Assembly: GCA_964585385.1 (NCBI GenBank)
Contig: CAZPDP010000004.1
Location: 27,574 to 91,573 of the forward strand
Direction of reading: 5' to 3'
DNA from: an uncultured Bacteroidales bacterium
Lineage (GTDB): Bacteria > Bacteroidota > Bacteroidia > Bacteroidales > UBA12077
Length of the DNA: 64,000 nucleotides
Made by a program: the position numbers and the translations under genes. A model generated the notes under the pieces. It saw only the letters and a list, made by a program, of their open reading frames with translations. It was not told the DNA's origin and did not search any database. How positions within the stretch are numbered: position 1 is the first letter of the stretch; every line of letters starts with the position of its first letter. Below, one piece after another: positions 32,047 to 42,049 of the stretch.

Positions 32047-32982
32047 TCATTTACAGGTCATATAGTTCTTCATTTTATTATACGTTTCAACCGAAAGTAT
32101 ATTATATCGTTTTAATTCTTTTACCTTTTTTATTTTGCCCTTTATTTCACGATATTTAAGTATAGACTGTGTTTGATATTTGTTTAGGTACGGATGCCGA
32201 ATCAATTCTGAAAAATCAGCAGAATTTAAATCTATTTTATCTAATTCAGAGGTATCCACCGTAAAATGTACTTTTATACTTTCATATATTGAATCATTTA
32301 TCCCATAAACCTCTCTGATTTGGGAAATTTCATTATATCCCCGTAGCAATTCTCTATATTTACATATACGGTTGGCATACACCTTCCCTATACCGTTGAT
32401 AAGCATCAATTGAATTGTATCAGCTGTATTCAGGTCAATTTTATGTATTTTCTTCTCAACTTTTTTTGGTTTCCTATTTTCATCAAAGGATTTATTGTCA
32501 ATGAATGCTTTCTCTTCTGTCTTTTTAATTTGTATATAATCTTTTAACTTGTTAAATGTTTCAATATCCAACCCATATATCTTCTTCAAATCGCCAGGTT
32601 TCTCGAAGCTCCCTCCTTTTTCCCGATAATTCATGATAATACGGATCTGATATTGCTTTAATCCAAGCTTCTTCCATTTATTTTCTGATATAGTGTTTGG
32701 ATCAAAATAAAACAACTCCACTTCTTGTTTATTTTCGGACTTATTTTTAGATAACCTTCCCTGTTTATTCGTGTTCTGCCTTTTCTTACCTGCCTCTGCA
32801 ATTGAATTCTCAAAGTCTTCAATTTCTTCCTTAAATTCAGAATAGTCCCAAGTTTGTTCGCTCGTTATATTCCTAACATACAGGTCAATAAACAATAACC
32901 CAGTTATAATAATAAACAATACAATTATTCCATTTCTTTCGCCTTTAGAAAAGCGAAAAAAACTGCCAGAATGATTTCCCAT
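32047..32982 (-). CDS. membrane-anchored helix-hairpin-helix (ComEA-like) DNA-binding repeat protein
   Basis: 311 aa. N-terminal TM anchor (GIIVLFIIITGLLFIDLYV), a basic linker, then three ComEA-like HhH modules: FDPNTISENKWKKLGLKQYQIRIIMNYREKGGSF, DLNTADTIQLMLINGIGKVYANRICKYRELLRGY, and DLNSADFSELIRHPYLNKYQTQSILKYREIKGKI. Confidence 0.7.
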   Translation of the reverse strand: MGNHSGSFFRFSKGERNGIIVLFIIITGLLFIDLYVRNITSEQTWDYSEFKEEIEDFENSIAEAGKKRQNTNKQGRLSKNKSENKQEVELFYFDPNTISENKWKKLGLKQYQIRIIMNYREKGGSFEKPGDLKKIYGLDIETFNKLKDYIQIKKTEEKAFIDNKSFDENRKPKKVEKKIHKIDLNTADTIQLMLINGIGKVYANRICKYRELLRGYNEISQIREVYGINDSIYESIKVHFTVDTSELDKIDLNSADFSELIRHPYLNKYQTQSILKYREIKGKIKKVKELKRYNILSVETYNKMKNYMTCK

Positions 32983-33010
32983 AAATACTTAAATCGATTA
33001 TGTCATTCGT

Positions 33011-34375
33011 CTAAAGCTTTAACACTCCGATGCCATTAAGGAATACAAGTGCTATAGCAATAGGTGCTATAAATTTGATTATTATAACAAACAGAGATAC
33101 CAAACGTGCCTTATAAATTCCATTGCTGGATATTTCTTGCTTGATAAGGCCTTTACCCAAATACCAACCCAGGAAAATTACAATAAAGAATCCACCAAGC
33201 GGGAGAAACACACTGGATGCGGAGAAATCCATTAATTCAAAAATATTGTATTGGAATATTTTCACATCCTTAAACACTCCCCATGACATAGTGCATAAAA
33301 CACCAACTGCAGCGATTGAAACGGCTGCTAGTATGGTTGCTCTTTTTCTTATCAGACCGAGCTCTTCCACAAAATAAGCCACTACCACTTCAAGTACTGA
33401 TATAGAGGAAGTAAGAGCAGCCACCGCCAGCAAAATAAAAAACAACAGGGAGAAAATGTATCCACCTGGCATCTGCATGAATATATTTGGCAGAGTTCTG
33501 AATATCAAATCCGGACCGGCATTGGGTTCTATTCCAAAAGCAAAAACAGCTGGGAAAATAGCTACTCCGGCAAGGATGGCTATAATCGTGTCAGCGGCTG
33601 TTACATTAATGGCAGTAGTAGTAAGATTTTCTCTTCTATTAATATATGAACCGTAGGTTATCAAAGTACCCATACCAATACTGAGAGAAAAGAAAGCCTG
33701 ACCCAGGGCCTCCAGGATACTGTTTGTATCCAGTTTTGAAAAATCGGGTTTGAATAAGAACTCAAGTCCTTCTTTAGCACCTGAAAGGGTTACAGCTCTA
33801 ATATCCAAAACTATAATAAGTAAGAGGAGAATTGGCATAAGAATTTTGGCATATTTTTCAATACCTCTTTGCACACCTGCAATAACAATCCAGGCAGTAA
33901 GCACCATAAAAACAAGTTGCCATAATATTGGCCTGAATGTGCTGGATTTAAATGATTCAAACATAGTTGTAAGCTGGTCCGGGGTTTTATTACTGAATGC
34001 ATCTGCAAAGGATAAATAGATGTATTCCAGTGTCCATCCGGCAACAGTACTGTAAAAAGCCAGTATCATAAAAGCAGCTACAACACCCATCAAACCAATG
34101 AGATACCAATGAGTTTTGGGCGCCAGCTTCTTAAAAGAACCAAAAGCATTTCTTTGTGCACTTCTACCAATGGTAAATTCTGATAGCATAACTGGTATCC
34201 CAATGGAAATAATAAAAATGAGATAAATGATTATGAAGGCACCTCCTCCATTTTCACCGGCTACATAAGGAAATCGCCATATATTCCCCAGACCCACAGC
34301 AGAGCCTGCTGCTGCAGCAATAACACCAAATTTACTTCCAAAACTATCTCTTTTTAATGGGTCGAAATTTGCCAT
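33011..34375 (-). CDS. sodium-dependent transporter, neurotransmitter:sodium symporter (SNF/NSS) family
   Basis: 454 aa, about 11-12 TM helices. NSS signature AAAGSAVGLGNIWRFPYVAGENGGGAF at the N-terminus. Confidence 0.88.
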   Translation of the reverse strand: MANFDPLKRDSFGSKFGVIAAAAGSAVGLGNIWRFPYVAGENGGGAFIIIYLIFIISIGIPVMLSEFTIGRSAQRNAFGSFKKLAPKTHWYLIGLMGVVAAFMILAFYSTVAGWTLEYIYLSFADAFSNKTPDQLTTMFESFKSSTFRPILWQLVFMVLTAWIVIAGVQRGIEKYAKILMPILLLLIIVLDIRAVTLSGAKEGLEFLFKPDFSKLDTNSILEALGQAFFSLSIGMGTLITYGSYINRRENLTTTAINVTAADTIIAILAGVAIFPAVFAFGIEPNAGPDLIFRTLPNIFMQMPGGYIFSLLFFILLAVAALTSSISVLEVVVAYFVEELGLIRKRATILAAVSIAAVGVLCTMSWGVFKDVKIFQYNIFELMDFSASSVFLPLGGFFIVIFLGWYLGKGLIKQEISSNGIYKARLVSLFVIIIKFIAPIAIALVFLNGIGVLKL

Positions 34376-34453
34376 GTCTATTTGTTTTTGTCTTCTACAT
34401 TAATTTCGGGCAACAATATTAAAAAAAAACAAAATAAAAACAAACACCAAAAT

Positions 34454-34481
34454 AAAAATGGGACGCGGTTTTGCGCCCCAT
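34454..34481 (-). terminator. intrinsic terminator after fbaB
   Basis: Stem ATGGGACGC / GCGCCCCAT (one mismatch) at 34458-34481. On the minus strand it is followed by TTTTTATTTT, 24 nt after the fbaB stop. Confidence 0.55.
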
Positions 34482-34504
34482 TTAACAATTTTATAAGTTT
34501 GAAC

Positions 34505-35563
34505 TTAGGCTATATCAATTTCTTTAGCCAGGTAGACATCTTGTATTGCATTCAGCAATTCCACCCCTTCTTTCATTGGCCTTTGGAATGCTTTTCTTCC
34601 ACTAATTAATCCCATACCACCTGCGCGTTTATTGATTACAGCGGTAGCTACAGCTTCTTCCAAGTCACTTTCACCCTGAGATGCTCCCCCAGAATTAATA
34701 AGTCCGATTCTTCCCATGTAATTGTTTACCACCTGGTACCGTGTAAGGTCTATAGGATGATCGCTTGTAAGTTGATCATAAACTTTATCATCGGTTTTGG
34801 CAAAATTGAGGTCTTTAAACCCTTTATTTGTTTTAGGAAGTTTTTGTTTGATGATATCAGCCTGTATAGTCACACCCAGGTGATTTGCCTGACTGGTTAT
34901 ATCTGACGCCAGGTGATAATCTTTGTCCTTTGTCTTAAATCCAGGATTTCTGGTGTAACACCAAAGAATTGTGGCCATGCCCAGTTCGTGTGCTCTTTCG
35001 AATGCCTGTGAAACCTCAATAATCTGTCTGTTGGATTCAGGACTACCAAAATAAATGGTTGCACCAACTGCTGCTGCACCCAGATCATAGGCTTCCTCTA
35101 CGGAACCAAACATAATCTGATCATACTTATTGGGATATGTCATTAATTCATTATGATTAATTTTGACAATATAAGGGATTCGGTGGGCATATTTTCTTGC
35201 TGTTGCAGCCAGAACCCCAAATGTTGATGCTACCCCATTAGCACCTCCTTCTATTGCGAGTTTAACTATATTTTCAGGATCGAAATAAATGGGATTTGGA
35301 GCAAATGAGGAACCCGCAGTGTGCTCGATACCCTGATCGACCGGCAAAATGGAAAGGTAACCTGTACCTCCAAGTCTTCCGTGATCAAACATTCTTTGAA
35401 GATTTGTCAGAACTCTGGGATTACGATTTGAATGATACATTACACGCTCAATATAATCAGGTCCAGGTAAATGCAAATCTTTTCCAGGAACTGTTTTACA
35501 CTTATGTTTCAGCAAATCGTCTGCATTGTCACCAAGTAATTCCAGTATTTTGTTGTATGTCAT
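34505..35563 (-). CDS. fbaB: class I fructose-bisphosphate aldolase (FbaB/DhnA type)
   Basis: 352 aa. Essentially colinear, from memory, with E. coli FbaB: [85 protein letters not shown]. Confidence 0.9.
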   Translation of the reverse strand: MTYNKILELLGDNADDLLKHKCKTVPGKDLHLPGPDYIERVMYHSNRNPRVLTNLQRMFDHGRLGGTGYLSILPVDQGIEHTAGSSFAPNPIYFDPENIVKLAIEGGANGVASTFGVLAATARKYAHRIPYIVKINHNELMTYPNKYDQIMFGSVEEAYDLGAAAVGATIYFGSPESNRQIIEVSQAFERAHELGMATILWCYTRNPGFKTKDKDYHLASDITSQANHLGVTIQADIIKQKLPKTNKGFKDLNFAKTDDKVYDQLTSDHPIDLTRYQVVNNYMGRIGLINSGGASQGESDLEEAVATAVINKRAGGMGLISGRKAFQRPMKEGVELLNAIQDVYLAKEIDIA

Positions 35564-35598
35564 AATTTCTTAAGTTTTTAAGATTAATACTAAATATA

Positions 35599-35606
35599 CA
35601 AATTTA
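35599..35606 (-). promoter_or_regulatory. candidate -7 promoter box (TAAATTTG on the minus strand) for fbaB
   Basis: Exact TAnnTTTG match, 36 nt upstream of the fbaB ATG (35563). Confidence 0.45.
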
Positions 35607-35643
35607 TAAAATTATTCTAAATGAATGAATACCATTTCTTAAT

Positions 35644-37998
35644 CTAGAACGGATATCCAATTGCTATATTCCATGAAATGGTATTTGTTGAAATTTTTCT
35701 GTTGCCAAATATCCATCTTTCATCAAGTGGGAATTCAGGATCTCTCAATTTAAGTCCCAGATCAAGTCGGACTACAGAAAAGGATAAATCGAAGCGTAAA
35801 CCAAAACCCGTTCCAATTGCTATTTCGTTGATAAATCTGTCGGTTCTGAACATTGCTCCTTTGATATTCTCATTCTCATCTATGGCCCAAATGTTTCCTG
35901 CATCCAAAAATAATGCCCCTTCCAGTATCCAGAACATTGCAAAGCGGTACTCCATATTTGCCTCCAGTTTCAAATCACCAGTCTGATTAGGGAATCCTAC
36001 TTCTTCTTCGGGAGAAAATGAACCCGGACCCAATGCTCTAACATTCCATGCTCTAAGACTGTTTGCTCCACCTGAAAAATATTGTTTCACAAAGGGAAGG
36101 GCTTCTGAATTGCCATACGGGAAACCACCACCAGCAAAAAGCCTGTAAACAATCCTGTTTTCTGCATCAAAAATATGGTAATGCCTTAAATCAAAATCAA
36201 GCTTAAAAAATTGGGCGTAACGAATGCCAAAAATTTCATAATGACCTTTTGTTTTAGGTTGATCTATTAAATTGCTTATACCTGACAAAATATTACCCCC
36301 CAATTCACTATTCATTCTAAAATACTGAAAGTTTCGACTTTTTTTCACGTCCTGATTATTATATGCAAGACTATAACTTGAAAGCGATAGGAAATGGTCC
36401 TGGTAACTGTTTACCAGAAAGGTATTTTCTATGGCCTTTCTGAATTCTTCAGAACGGAAAGGAAGGCGAAGAATATTCAATTCAATCGGATTCACAAAAT
36501 GGTTGACATTCTGTTTGCTTTTCCATTTATATCCGAAGGAAAGGTTCGCTATTGTCCTTGTATAGTCGGGCCTTTCCTGGTAATTATATAGTGTGGATAA
36601 AGAAGTTTTGGGATGGTATTTTTTTACGAAACGTTCACTTTTCAATACCGGAAGCAGGAATTTAGGAAGATCTAGATTCACTTCGCCACCCACTTTCACT
36701 GTGTTATCTATTCTGTTAAACTTCTCCGGATCCAGGATTTCAAAAGCCCCTGTCAATTTTGCCTCAAAATTTTCAGCACCTCTCATAAGGCTTTTATGGC
36801 GGTATAAGAGATTGCCCGCACCACCCAGATTGCCTGAAGAGTTCGTTCCTTCAAGCTCAATTGTGTAGGATTGAAGTTTAAACTTCTTTAAATAAATAAA
36901 AGCATTTAAGAATCGGGCGCTGTCTTCACTTCCGGTACTGTCAGTCTCTCTGAATCGTATATTTATAAGCTTAAACAGTCTCAGGGAATTAAGATGTTCA
37001 TAAGTGCTGTTCACATCATTTTGGTTATACCACTCGTCTTTTTCAAGATAATTGGATTGCTTGATTAAATTAAGCTTAATACCTGGTTCTCCTTCATAAA
37101 TAAAATGAATGCCACCGAAAAGAGTCGTGTCTAAATCCTCCAAATACTCATCCTCTCTTGCAATTGCTTCTTTGGGCTCATAATCCGGGTAAACGTAAAT
37201 CTGATTGATCTTATAACGTTTGTGATGAACCTGACGAAAGGTATCCTCTTCTGCATTGATTAAATACTTGTTGATTTGTACTGTAAGATCAACCCGGTTA
37301 TGTTCATCATTAACAGTAGTATCCGCTATATAATTGATAAAATCCTTTGAGAATCTGTAAAATCCATCCTCTTTGAGATTATTTGTAATTCTGTTTCTTT
37401 CTTTCTCCAGGAGTTCTACTTCAAACCTCTCTCCTTTTTCCAAGAATGAATTGACGGTATCTGAGAAGATATAAGGGCTTAAGACAGAGTCTCGCACATC
37501 AAAGGTCACATTATGAATGACATAAGGTTCATTTAATTTCACCAAATATTTAACTTTAACTTTCTGATCTTTTTTTATCGCTGTATCTTCAACTGTTGCA
37601 TTATAATATCCTTTATTTTCCAGGAAATATTTCATTTGTTTGAGGCTCTCCTCAGTCATATATTTGTCCCATATCACTGGTTTTTCCGCTTTTTCTCTTA
37701 AAAATTTACTGAAACCTTTCTCCTTTTCAGGGTTTGAAAGTGAATAAAAATACATCGGCAACTTCAGGCCGAGAACTCTCCTGTTAGGCTTTTGTTTTAT
37801 GTATTCCTTCAAATCTCTTTCTTTAACTTTCCCTGAGCTGATTTCTATTTCATTGCTTTTTAATAAATACTTATCTTTGGGGATATATTTTGCAGGACTA
37901 CAAGAAAACAAAAGAAAGAAACTCAGAAAAATCAGGAGAATTTGAAATCCTTTATTTTTAGTTAAAGAATGAATTATATTTGAAAATACAGAAATCAA
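35644..37998 (-). CDS. Omp85/BamA-TamA family outer-membrane protein (start uncertain)
   Basis: POTRA-like N-terminal repeats and a C-terminal Omp85 barrel (YFSGGANSLRAWNVRALGPG...LEGALFLDAGNIW...NIAIGYPF). Lipoprotein-like signal KNKGFQILLIFLSFFLLFSCS. The track ORF begins at ATG 38064 and overlaps the divergent methyltransferase start by 38 nt. I prefer the in-frame TTG at 37996-37998, which removes the overlap and lies 40 nt below a TATTTTTG box. Confidence 0.8.
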   Translation of the reverse strand: MISVFSNIIHSLTKNKGFQILLIFLSFFLLFSCSPAKYIPKDKYLLKSNEIEISSGKVKERDLKEYIKQKPNRRVLGLKLPMYFYSLSNPEKEKGFSKFLREKAEKPVIWDKYMTEESLKQMKYFLENKGYYNATVEDTAIKKDQKVKVKYLVKLNEPYVIHNVTFDVRDSVLSPYIFSDTVNSFLEKGERFEVELLEKERNRITNNLKEDGFYRFSKDFINYIADTTVNDEHNRVDLTVQINKYLINAEEDTFRQVHHKRYKINQIYVYPDYEPKEAIAREDEYLEDLDTTLFGGIHFIYEGEPGIKLNLIKQSNYLEKDEWYNQNDVNSTYEHLNSLRLFKLINIRFRETDSTGSEDSARFLNAFIYLKKFKLQSYTIELEGTNSSGNLGGAGNLLYRHKSLMRGAENFEAKLTGAFEILDPEKFNRIDNTVKVGGEVNLDLPKFLLPVLKSERFVKKYHPKTSLSTLYNYQERPDYTRTIANLSFGYKWKSKQNVNHFVNPIELNILRLPFRSEEFRKAIENTFLVNSYQDHFLSLSSYSLAYNNQDVKKSRNFQYFRMNSELGGNILSGISNLIDQPKTKGHYEIFGIRYAQFFKLDFDLRHYHIFDAENRIVYRLFAGGGFPYGNSEALPFVKQYFSGGANSLRAWNVRALGPGSFSPEEEVGFPNQTGDLKLEANMEYRFAMFWILEGALFLDAGNIWAIDENENIKGAMFRTDRFINEIAIGTGFGLRFDLSFSVVRLDLGLKLRDPEFPLDERWIFGNRKISTNTISWNIAIGYPF
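37975..37982 (+). promoter_or_regulatory. candidate -7 promoter box (TATATTTG) for the TrmH-family methyltransferase gene
   Basis: Exact TAnnTTTG match, 45 nt upstream of the ATG at 38027. It lies inside the first codons of the divergent Omp85 gene. Confidence 0.4.
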
Positions 37999-38026
37999 AG
38001 CAGTAACCTCGACTTTATAATTTAAA

Positions 38027-38803
38027 ATGATGCTAAGCAAAAATAAAATTAAATTTATTAACACACTAAAAAAAAAGAAATCAAGAAATGAGAGTGGCTA
38101 TTTTATTGCTGAAGGTGAAAAAATTGTAAGAGAGCTTCTTCTTTCAGAGATGAGAGTTGAAATGATTTGCGGAAACCAAAACTTCATCCAAAACCTTGAT
38201 GAATCTGAAAAAAAAGAAATTAATACTATTATTGAAATAACGGACCAGGAGCTTAAGAAGATAAGTAACCTAAAGACACCTAATGAGGTTCTTGCCGTGG
38301 TCCAAAAACCAAATTATGTAATCCATTACAATGCTATTAAAAACTTCTTAACCCTTGGGCTGGACCAAATAAATGATCCAGGCAATCTTGGTACAATTAT
38401 ACGTATTGCTGATTGGTTTGGAATAAAAGATGTATTCTGCTCTTCAGATACGGTTGATATCTTTAATCCCAAATCTGTACAGGCAACTATGGGTTCTATA
38501 AGCAGGGTAAAGGTCCATTATGTTAAACTATCAGAACTGGTTAGAGAATTGATTGAGAACCAAAAGCATTCGGTATACGGATGCTTCCTGGAAGGTAAAA
38601 ACATATATAAAGAAAAGCTTGATCAAAATGCATTAGTCATAATGGGCAGTGAATCACACGGGATATCCGATGAGCTTAAGAATCTTATTCAAAATAAACT
38701 GTATATTCCGAACTTTTCAGTGGACAGCCAATTCAAATCAGAATCACTGAATGTTTCCATAGCAACAGGAATTGTATGCTCAGAGTTCAAAAGAAGGATA
38801 TAG
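38027..38803 (+). CDS. TrmH/SpoU family RNA 2'-O-methyltransferase (RlmB-like)
   Basis: 258 aa. SpoU-MTase motifs NDPGNLGTIIRIADWFG, LVIMGSESHGIS and ESLNVSIATGIVCSE, with an N-terminal substrate-binding-type domain. Confidence 0.88.
   Translation: MMLSKNKIKFINTLKKKKSRNESGYFIAEGEKIVRELLLSEMRVEMICGNQNFIQNLDESEKKEINTIIEITDQELKKISNLKTPNEVLAVVQKPNYVIHYNAIKNFLTLGLDQINDPGNLGTIIRIADWFGIKDVFCSSDTVDIFNPKSVQATMGSISRVKVHYVKLSELVRELIENQKHSVYGCFLEGKNIYKEKLDQNALVIMGSESHGISDELKNLIQNKLYIPNFSVDSQFKSESLNVSIATGIVCSEFKRRI
38038..38045 (-). promoter_or_regulatory. candidate -7 promoter box (TATTTTTG on the minus strand) for the Omp85 gene
   Basis: Exact TAnnTTTG match, 40 nt upstream of the proposed TTG start (37998). 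It lies inside the first codons of the methyltransferase gene. Confidence 0.35.
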
Positions 38804-38850
38804 GAATAGTTCCTTCTGATATCTTTATTCCTGATGAGACTAGGGAAAAA

Positions 38851-39561
38851 TTACTCGAAATGAAAATTGATACTAAACATTCGGGATTTCAGCTTATCAA
38901 TTGATTCTACATAGCCAGGATATCCATCATGCTTGTCCGGATCGAGCACATTAAATGTACCCACTGAATATTTCAATTCAACGGAGAGTTTAAAATAAGG
39001 CAGGTAAAAATCAATTCCGAATCCACCCTCCATATAGATGTCAAAAGGCTGAAGCTTTACAAAGATTCCTTCATCAGCATTAAAATCTTTATTTCTGGCC
39101 ATATCCCATCTGAAATTCACGCCACTTATTAAATAAGGCCTGTAATTATGCTGTCTCTGAGCTTCATATCTGAGGATAAAGGGCAAATTTATAAAGGTGG
39201 AGCTTAGTTTCATCTCCGAATGTGGATTCCACGAACCCTCTTCCGTTTCATAAAACAATAAGTTTCTTTGCCCCAGAGATATTCCGGGGAGAAATCTAAA
39301 ATCAAAATACTTTGACAGTCTGAAATTAGTAACAATACTAATATCCACTCCCGGAGAGAGCCTGTTGATTTCCGGGAAAGTATCCCTCTTTACAGCAGCA
39401 TTCTCGTTTGCATATATTCCAAAATCCATTGTGTTCACACCAAGAGTGTAACCAAAATGGAATGGCTTCATATCAATCTGCTGATAATGAAGCACCTTTT
39501 CCTGTTGTGAAAAAGATACAAATGGAAAAAATGCCAGTAGTATTAACGCGATTTGTTTCAA
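38851..39561 (-). CDS. small outer-membrane beta-barrel protein, PorT/SprT-like (OMP_b-brl_2 type)
   Basis: 236 aa. Signal peptide MKQIALILLAFFPFVSFSQ. The early FHFGYTLGVNTMDF motif, alternating strand pattern and end ...FSINFHFE resemble PorT-family proteins in size and motif, from memory. The family call is unverified. Confidence 0.5.
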   Translation of the reverse strand: MKQIALILLAFFPFVSFSQQEKVLHYQQIDMKPFHFGYTLGVNTMDFGIYANENAAVKRDTFPEINRLSPGVDISIVTNFRLSKYFDFRFLPGISLGQRNLLFYETEEGSWNPHSEMKLSSTFINLPFILRYEAQRQHNYRPYLISGVNFRWDMARNKDFNADEGIFVKLQPFDIYMEGGFGIDFYLPYFKLSVELKYSVGTFNVLDPDKHDGYPGYVESIDKLKSRMFSINFHFE

Positions 39562-39711
39562 GCAATCATTCTTTTAATTTGAATAAACGTGAAATTCACA
39601 GCGATAGTATAAATATTATACAGGGATGCAGCAAAGTGTAAAGGTTGAATAACCAAAAACCTTATATATTATAGAATTGGTATTGAAATGGGTTCCCTTT
39701 TTCAGGAAACT

Positions 39712-41931
39712 CTAATCTTCCACCAAATTGGCCAACGCTTCCTCATATATCTTTTTGATATCATGAATAAAACCAAAAGAGTCATCATCAATTCTCAATT
39801 CAGATTTTGTAACATGCCCAAGCGTTGAGAAAGGAATATCCTTATCAATCATAAAATCTACAAATTTGGATTCATTTGCCGGTGTCACGCTGACAACAAC
39901 TCTGCTTTGCGCTTCCCCGAACAAAAAGGCATCCCGTCGAATTTCCGCACTGGTTGTAATATCAAAGCCGAGATTCCTTACCATAGCAGATTCAAGCAAA
40001 GTTGTAAACAAGCCTCCATCTGAAACATCATGGGCAGATTTGATTAAGCCATTCTCAATTAAATCTCTGATTGTAGATTGAATATTAAATTCCTGGTCGA
40101 TATCAAATTCAGGTGCTGGGGATTCTGTTATACCTAAATACGAATACAAGTATTCAGATGATGCTATATCATTGCTGGATTTGCCGATAAGGAAAATCAT
40201 GTCTCCTTTTTCTTTAAAATCAATGGTTGTTTGGTGGTTTTTATTTTTTAAGATTCCTATCATTCCAATCACAGGTGCTGGAAACACGGGCTGCTCCTTG
40301 CCTTTTACAGAAGTCTGGTTATAAAAGCTAACATTGCCCCCGGTTACCGGGGTATTAAACTTTTCACAGGCATTTCCCATCCCTTTTACTGCCTGAACAA
40401 ACTGCCAGTATGCCTCTGGATTGTAGGGATTTCCAAAATTCAGACAGTTTGAAATAGCCACAGGTTCACCTCCGGAACAAACAATATTTCTTGCTGCTTC
40501 AGCGACTGCAATTTGAGTGCCTGCATAAGGGTCAGCATTGACATATCGGGCATTGCAATCCACTGTCATAGCGAGTGCTTTACCTGTCCCTTTTATATTA
40601 AACACACCTGCATCGGAAGGGAAGTTTGTAGTCATATTGGCTGTACCCACCATCGTGTCATATTGTTCAATAACCCAGTGCTTGGAAGCGATATTTGGGT
40701 TACTAATCATTTTGAAAATGATATCTTTAATATCTTTTGGTTCCGGGATATCATTCACATCAAATTTTTTGTATCTGTCAATATAGGCAGGCTGTTGTAC
40801 TTCTCTTTCATAAACCGGAGCTCCACCACCCAAAACAAGGTCTGTAGCGGGTATATCAGCAACAAGCTCATCCTTCATATAGAAATAAAGCCTGTCTTCT
40901 TCTATTACTTCACCTATGATTTCACGGTTCAGATCCCATTTGTCAAAAATCTTCTCTACCACTTCTTCTTTGCCTTTTTCGACAACAACAAGCATTCTTT
41001 CCTGGGACTCAGAAAGAAGGATCTCAAAAGGTTCCATATTTTGCTGTCTTAGCGGCACTTTATCCAGGTTGATGCGCATACCGTGACCTCCCTTTTCGGA
41101 CATTTCAGAAGTTGAGCAAATGATTCCGGCAGCGCCCATATCCTGCATACCAATCACAACACCTGTTTTGTTTAATTCCAGGGTTGCTTCTAAAAGCAGT
41201 TTTTCCATGAATGGGTCCCCAACCTGAACGGAAGGAAGATCCTCAGAAGATTTTTCTGTGAGATTAGCAGAGGCAAAAGTGGCCCCGTGAATTCCATCCT
41301 TTCCTGTAGAAGAACCAACAATGTAAACCGGATTTCCTGCACCTTTCGCAATAGCGGAAATTACCCTGTCTTTTTTTACCAGTCCGACAGACATGGCATT
41401 AACAAGCGGATTAGTGTTATACGATTTGTCAAAAAATACTTCTCCAGCCAATACAGGTACACCAAAAGAGTTCCCATAATCGCCAATGCCTTTTACAACG
41501 CCTTTGAGATGCCATTTGGTACGATCTAACGTTGGGTCACCGAAACGAAGAGAGTTTAGCTGGGCTACCGGACGTGCGCCCATTGTAAAAATGTCTCTGT
41601 TGATACCACCCACACCTGTAGCTGCTCCCTGGTAGGGTTCTATTGCTGAAGGATGATTATGTGATTCAATCTTAAAAGCACAAGCCAGATCATCTCCCAG
41701 ATCAACCAGGCCGGCATTTTCTTCCCCAGCTTCAGCCATTATATGTTCACCCTTCCTGGGCAGGGTTTTAAGCCACCTGATCGAATTTTTATAAGAAGCA
41801 TGTTCCGACCACATGACAGAAAAAATACTTAACTCGGTAAAATTAGGATTCCGTCCCAGGATTTCCTTTATCTTTTCGTATTCTTCAGGTAATAAACCCA
41901 ATTCTTTGGCGGTATCAAGAGTAACTTCCAT
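39712..41931 (-). CDS. purL: phosphoribosylformylglycinamidine synthase subunit PurL
   Basis: 739 aa. [40 protein letters not shown], and duplicated AIR-synthase-like domains. Confidence 0.95.
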   Translation of the reverse strand: MEVTLDTAKELGLLPEEYEKIKEILGRNPNFTELSIFSVMWSEHASYKNSIRWLKTLPRKGEHIMAEAGEENAGLVDLGDDLACAFKIESHNHPSAIEPYQGAATGVGGINRDIFTMGARPVAQLNSLRFGDPTLDRTKWHLKGVVKGIGDYGNSFGVPVLAGEVFFDKSYNTNPLVNAMSVGLVKKDRVISAIAKGAGNPVYIVGSSTGKDGIHGATFASANLTEKSSEDLPSVQVGDPFMEKLLLEATLELNKTGVVIGMQDMGAAGIICSTSEMSEKGGHGMRINLDKVPLRQQNMEPFEILLSESQERMLVVVEKGKEEVVEKIFDKWDLNREIIGEVIEEDRLYFYMKDELVADIPATDLVLGGGAPVYEREVQQPAYIDRYKKFDVNDIPEPKDIKDIIFKMISNPNIASKHWVIEQYDTMVGTANMTTNFPSDAGVFNIKGTGKALAMTVDCNARYVNADPYAGTQIAVAEAARNIVCSGGEPVAISNCLNFGNPYNPEAYWQFVQAVKGMGNACEKFNTPVTGGNVSFYNQTSVKGKEQPVFPAPVIGMIGILKNKNHQTTIDFKEKGDMIFLIGKSSNDIASSEYLYSYLGITESPAPEFDIDQEFNIQSTIRDLIENGLIKSAHDVSDGGLFTTLLESAMVRNLGFDITTSAEIRRDAFLFGEAQSRVVVSVTPANESKFVDFMIDKDIPFSTLGHVTKSELRIDDDSFGFIHDIKKIYEEALANLVED

Positions 41932-41960
41932 GATATCTCTTTAATTAGTGTTTAAGCAAG

Positions 41961-41968
41961 CAAATATA
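41961..41968 (-). promoter_or_regulatory. candidate -7 promoter box (TATATTTG on the minus strand) for purL
   Basis: Exact TAnnTTTG match, 30 nt upstream of the purL ATG (41931). Confidence 0.4.
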
Positions 41969-42049
41969 ACTAACTATTCAAATAATACACTGAAAACTTT
42001 CCAGATTTTGATACAAGCTGAAACAGGAATCAATGAATATAACTGAAAA

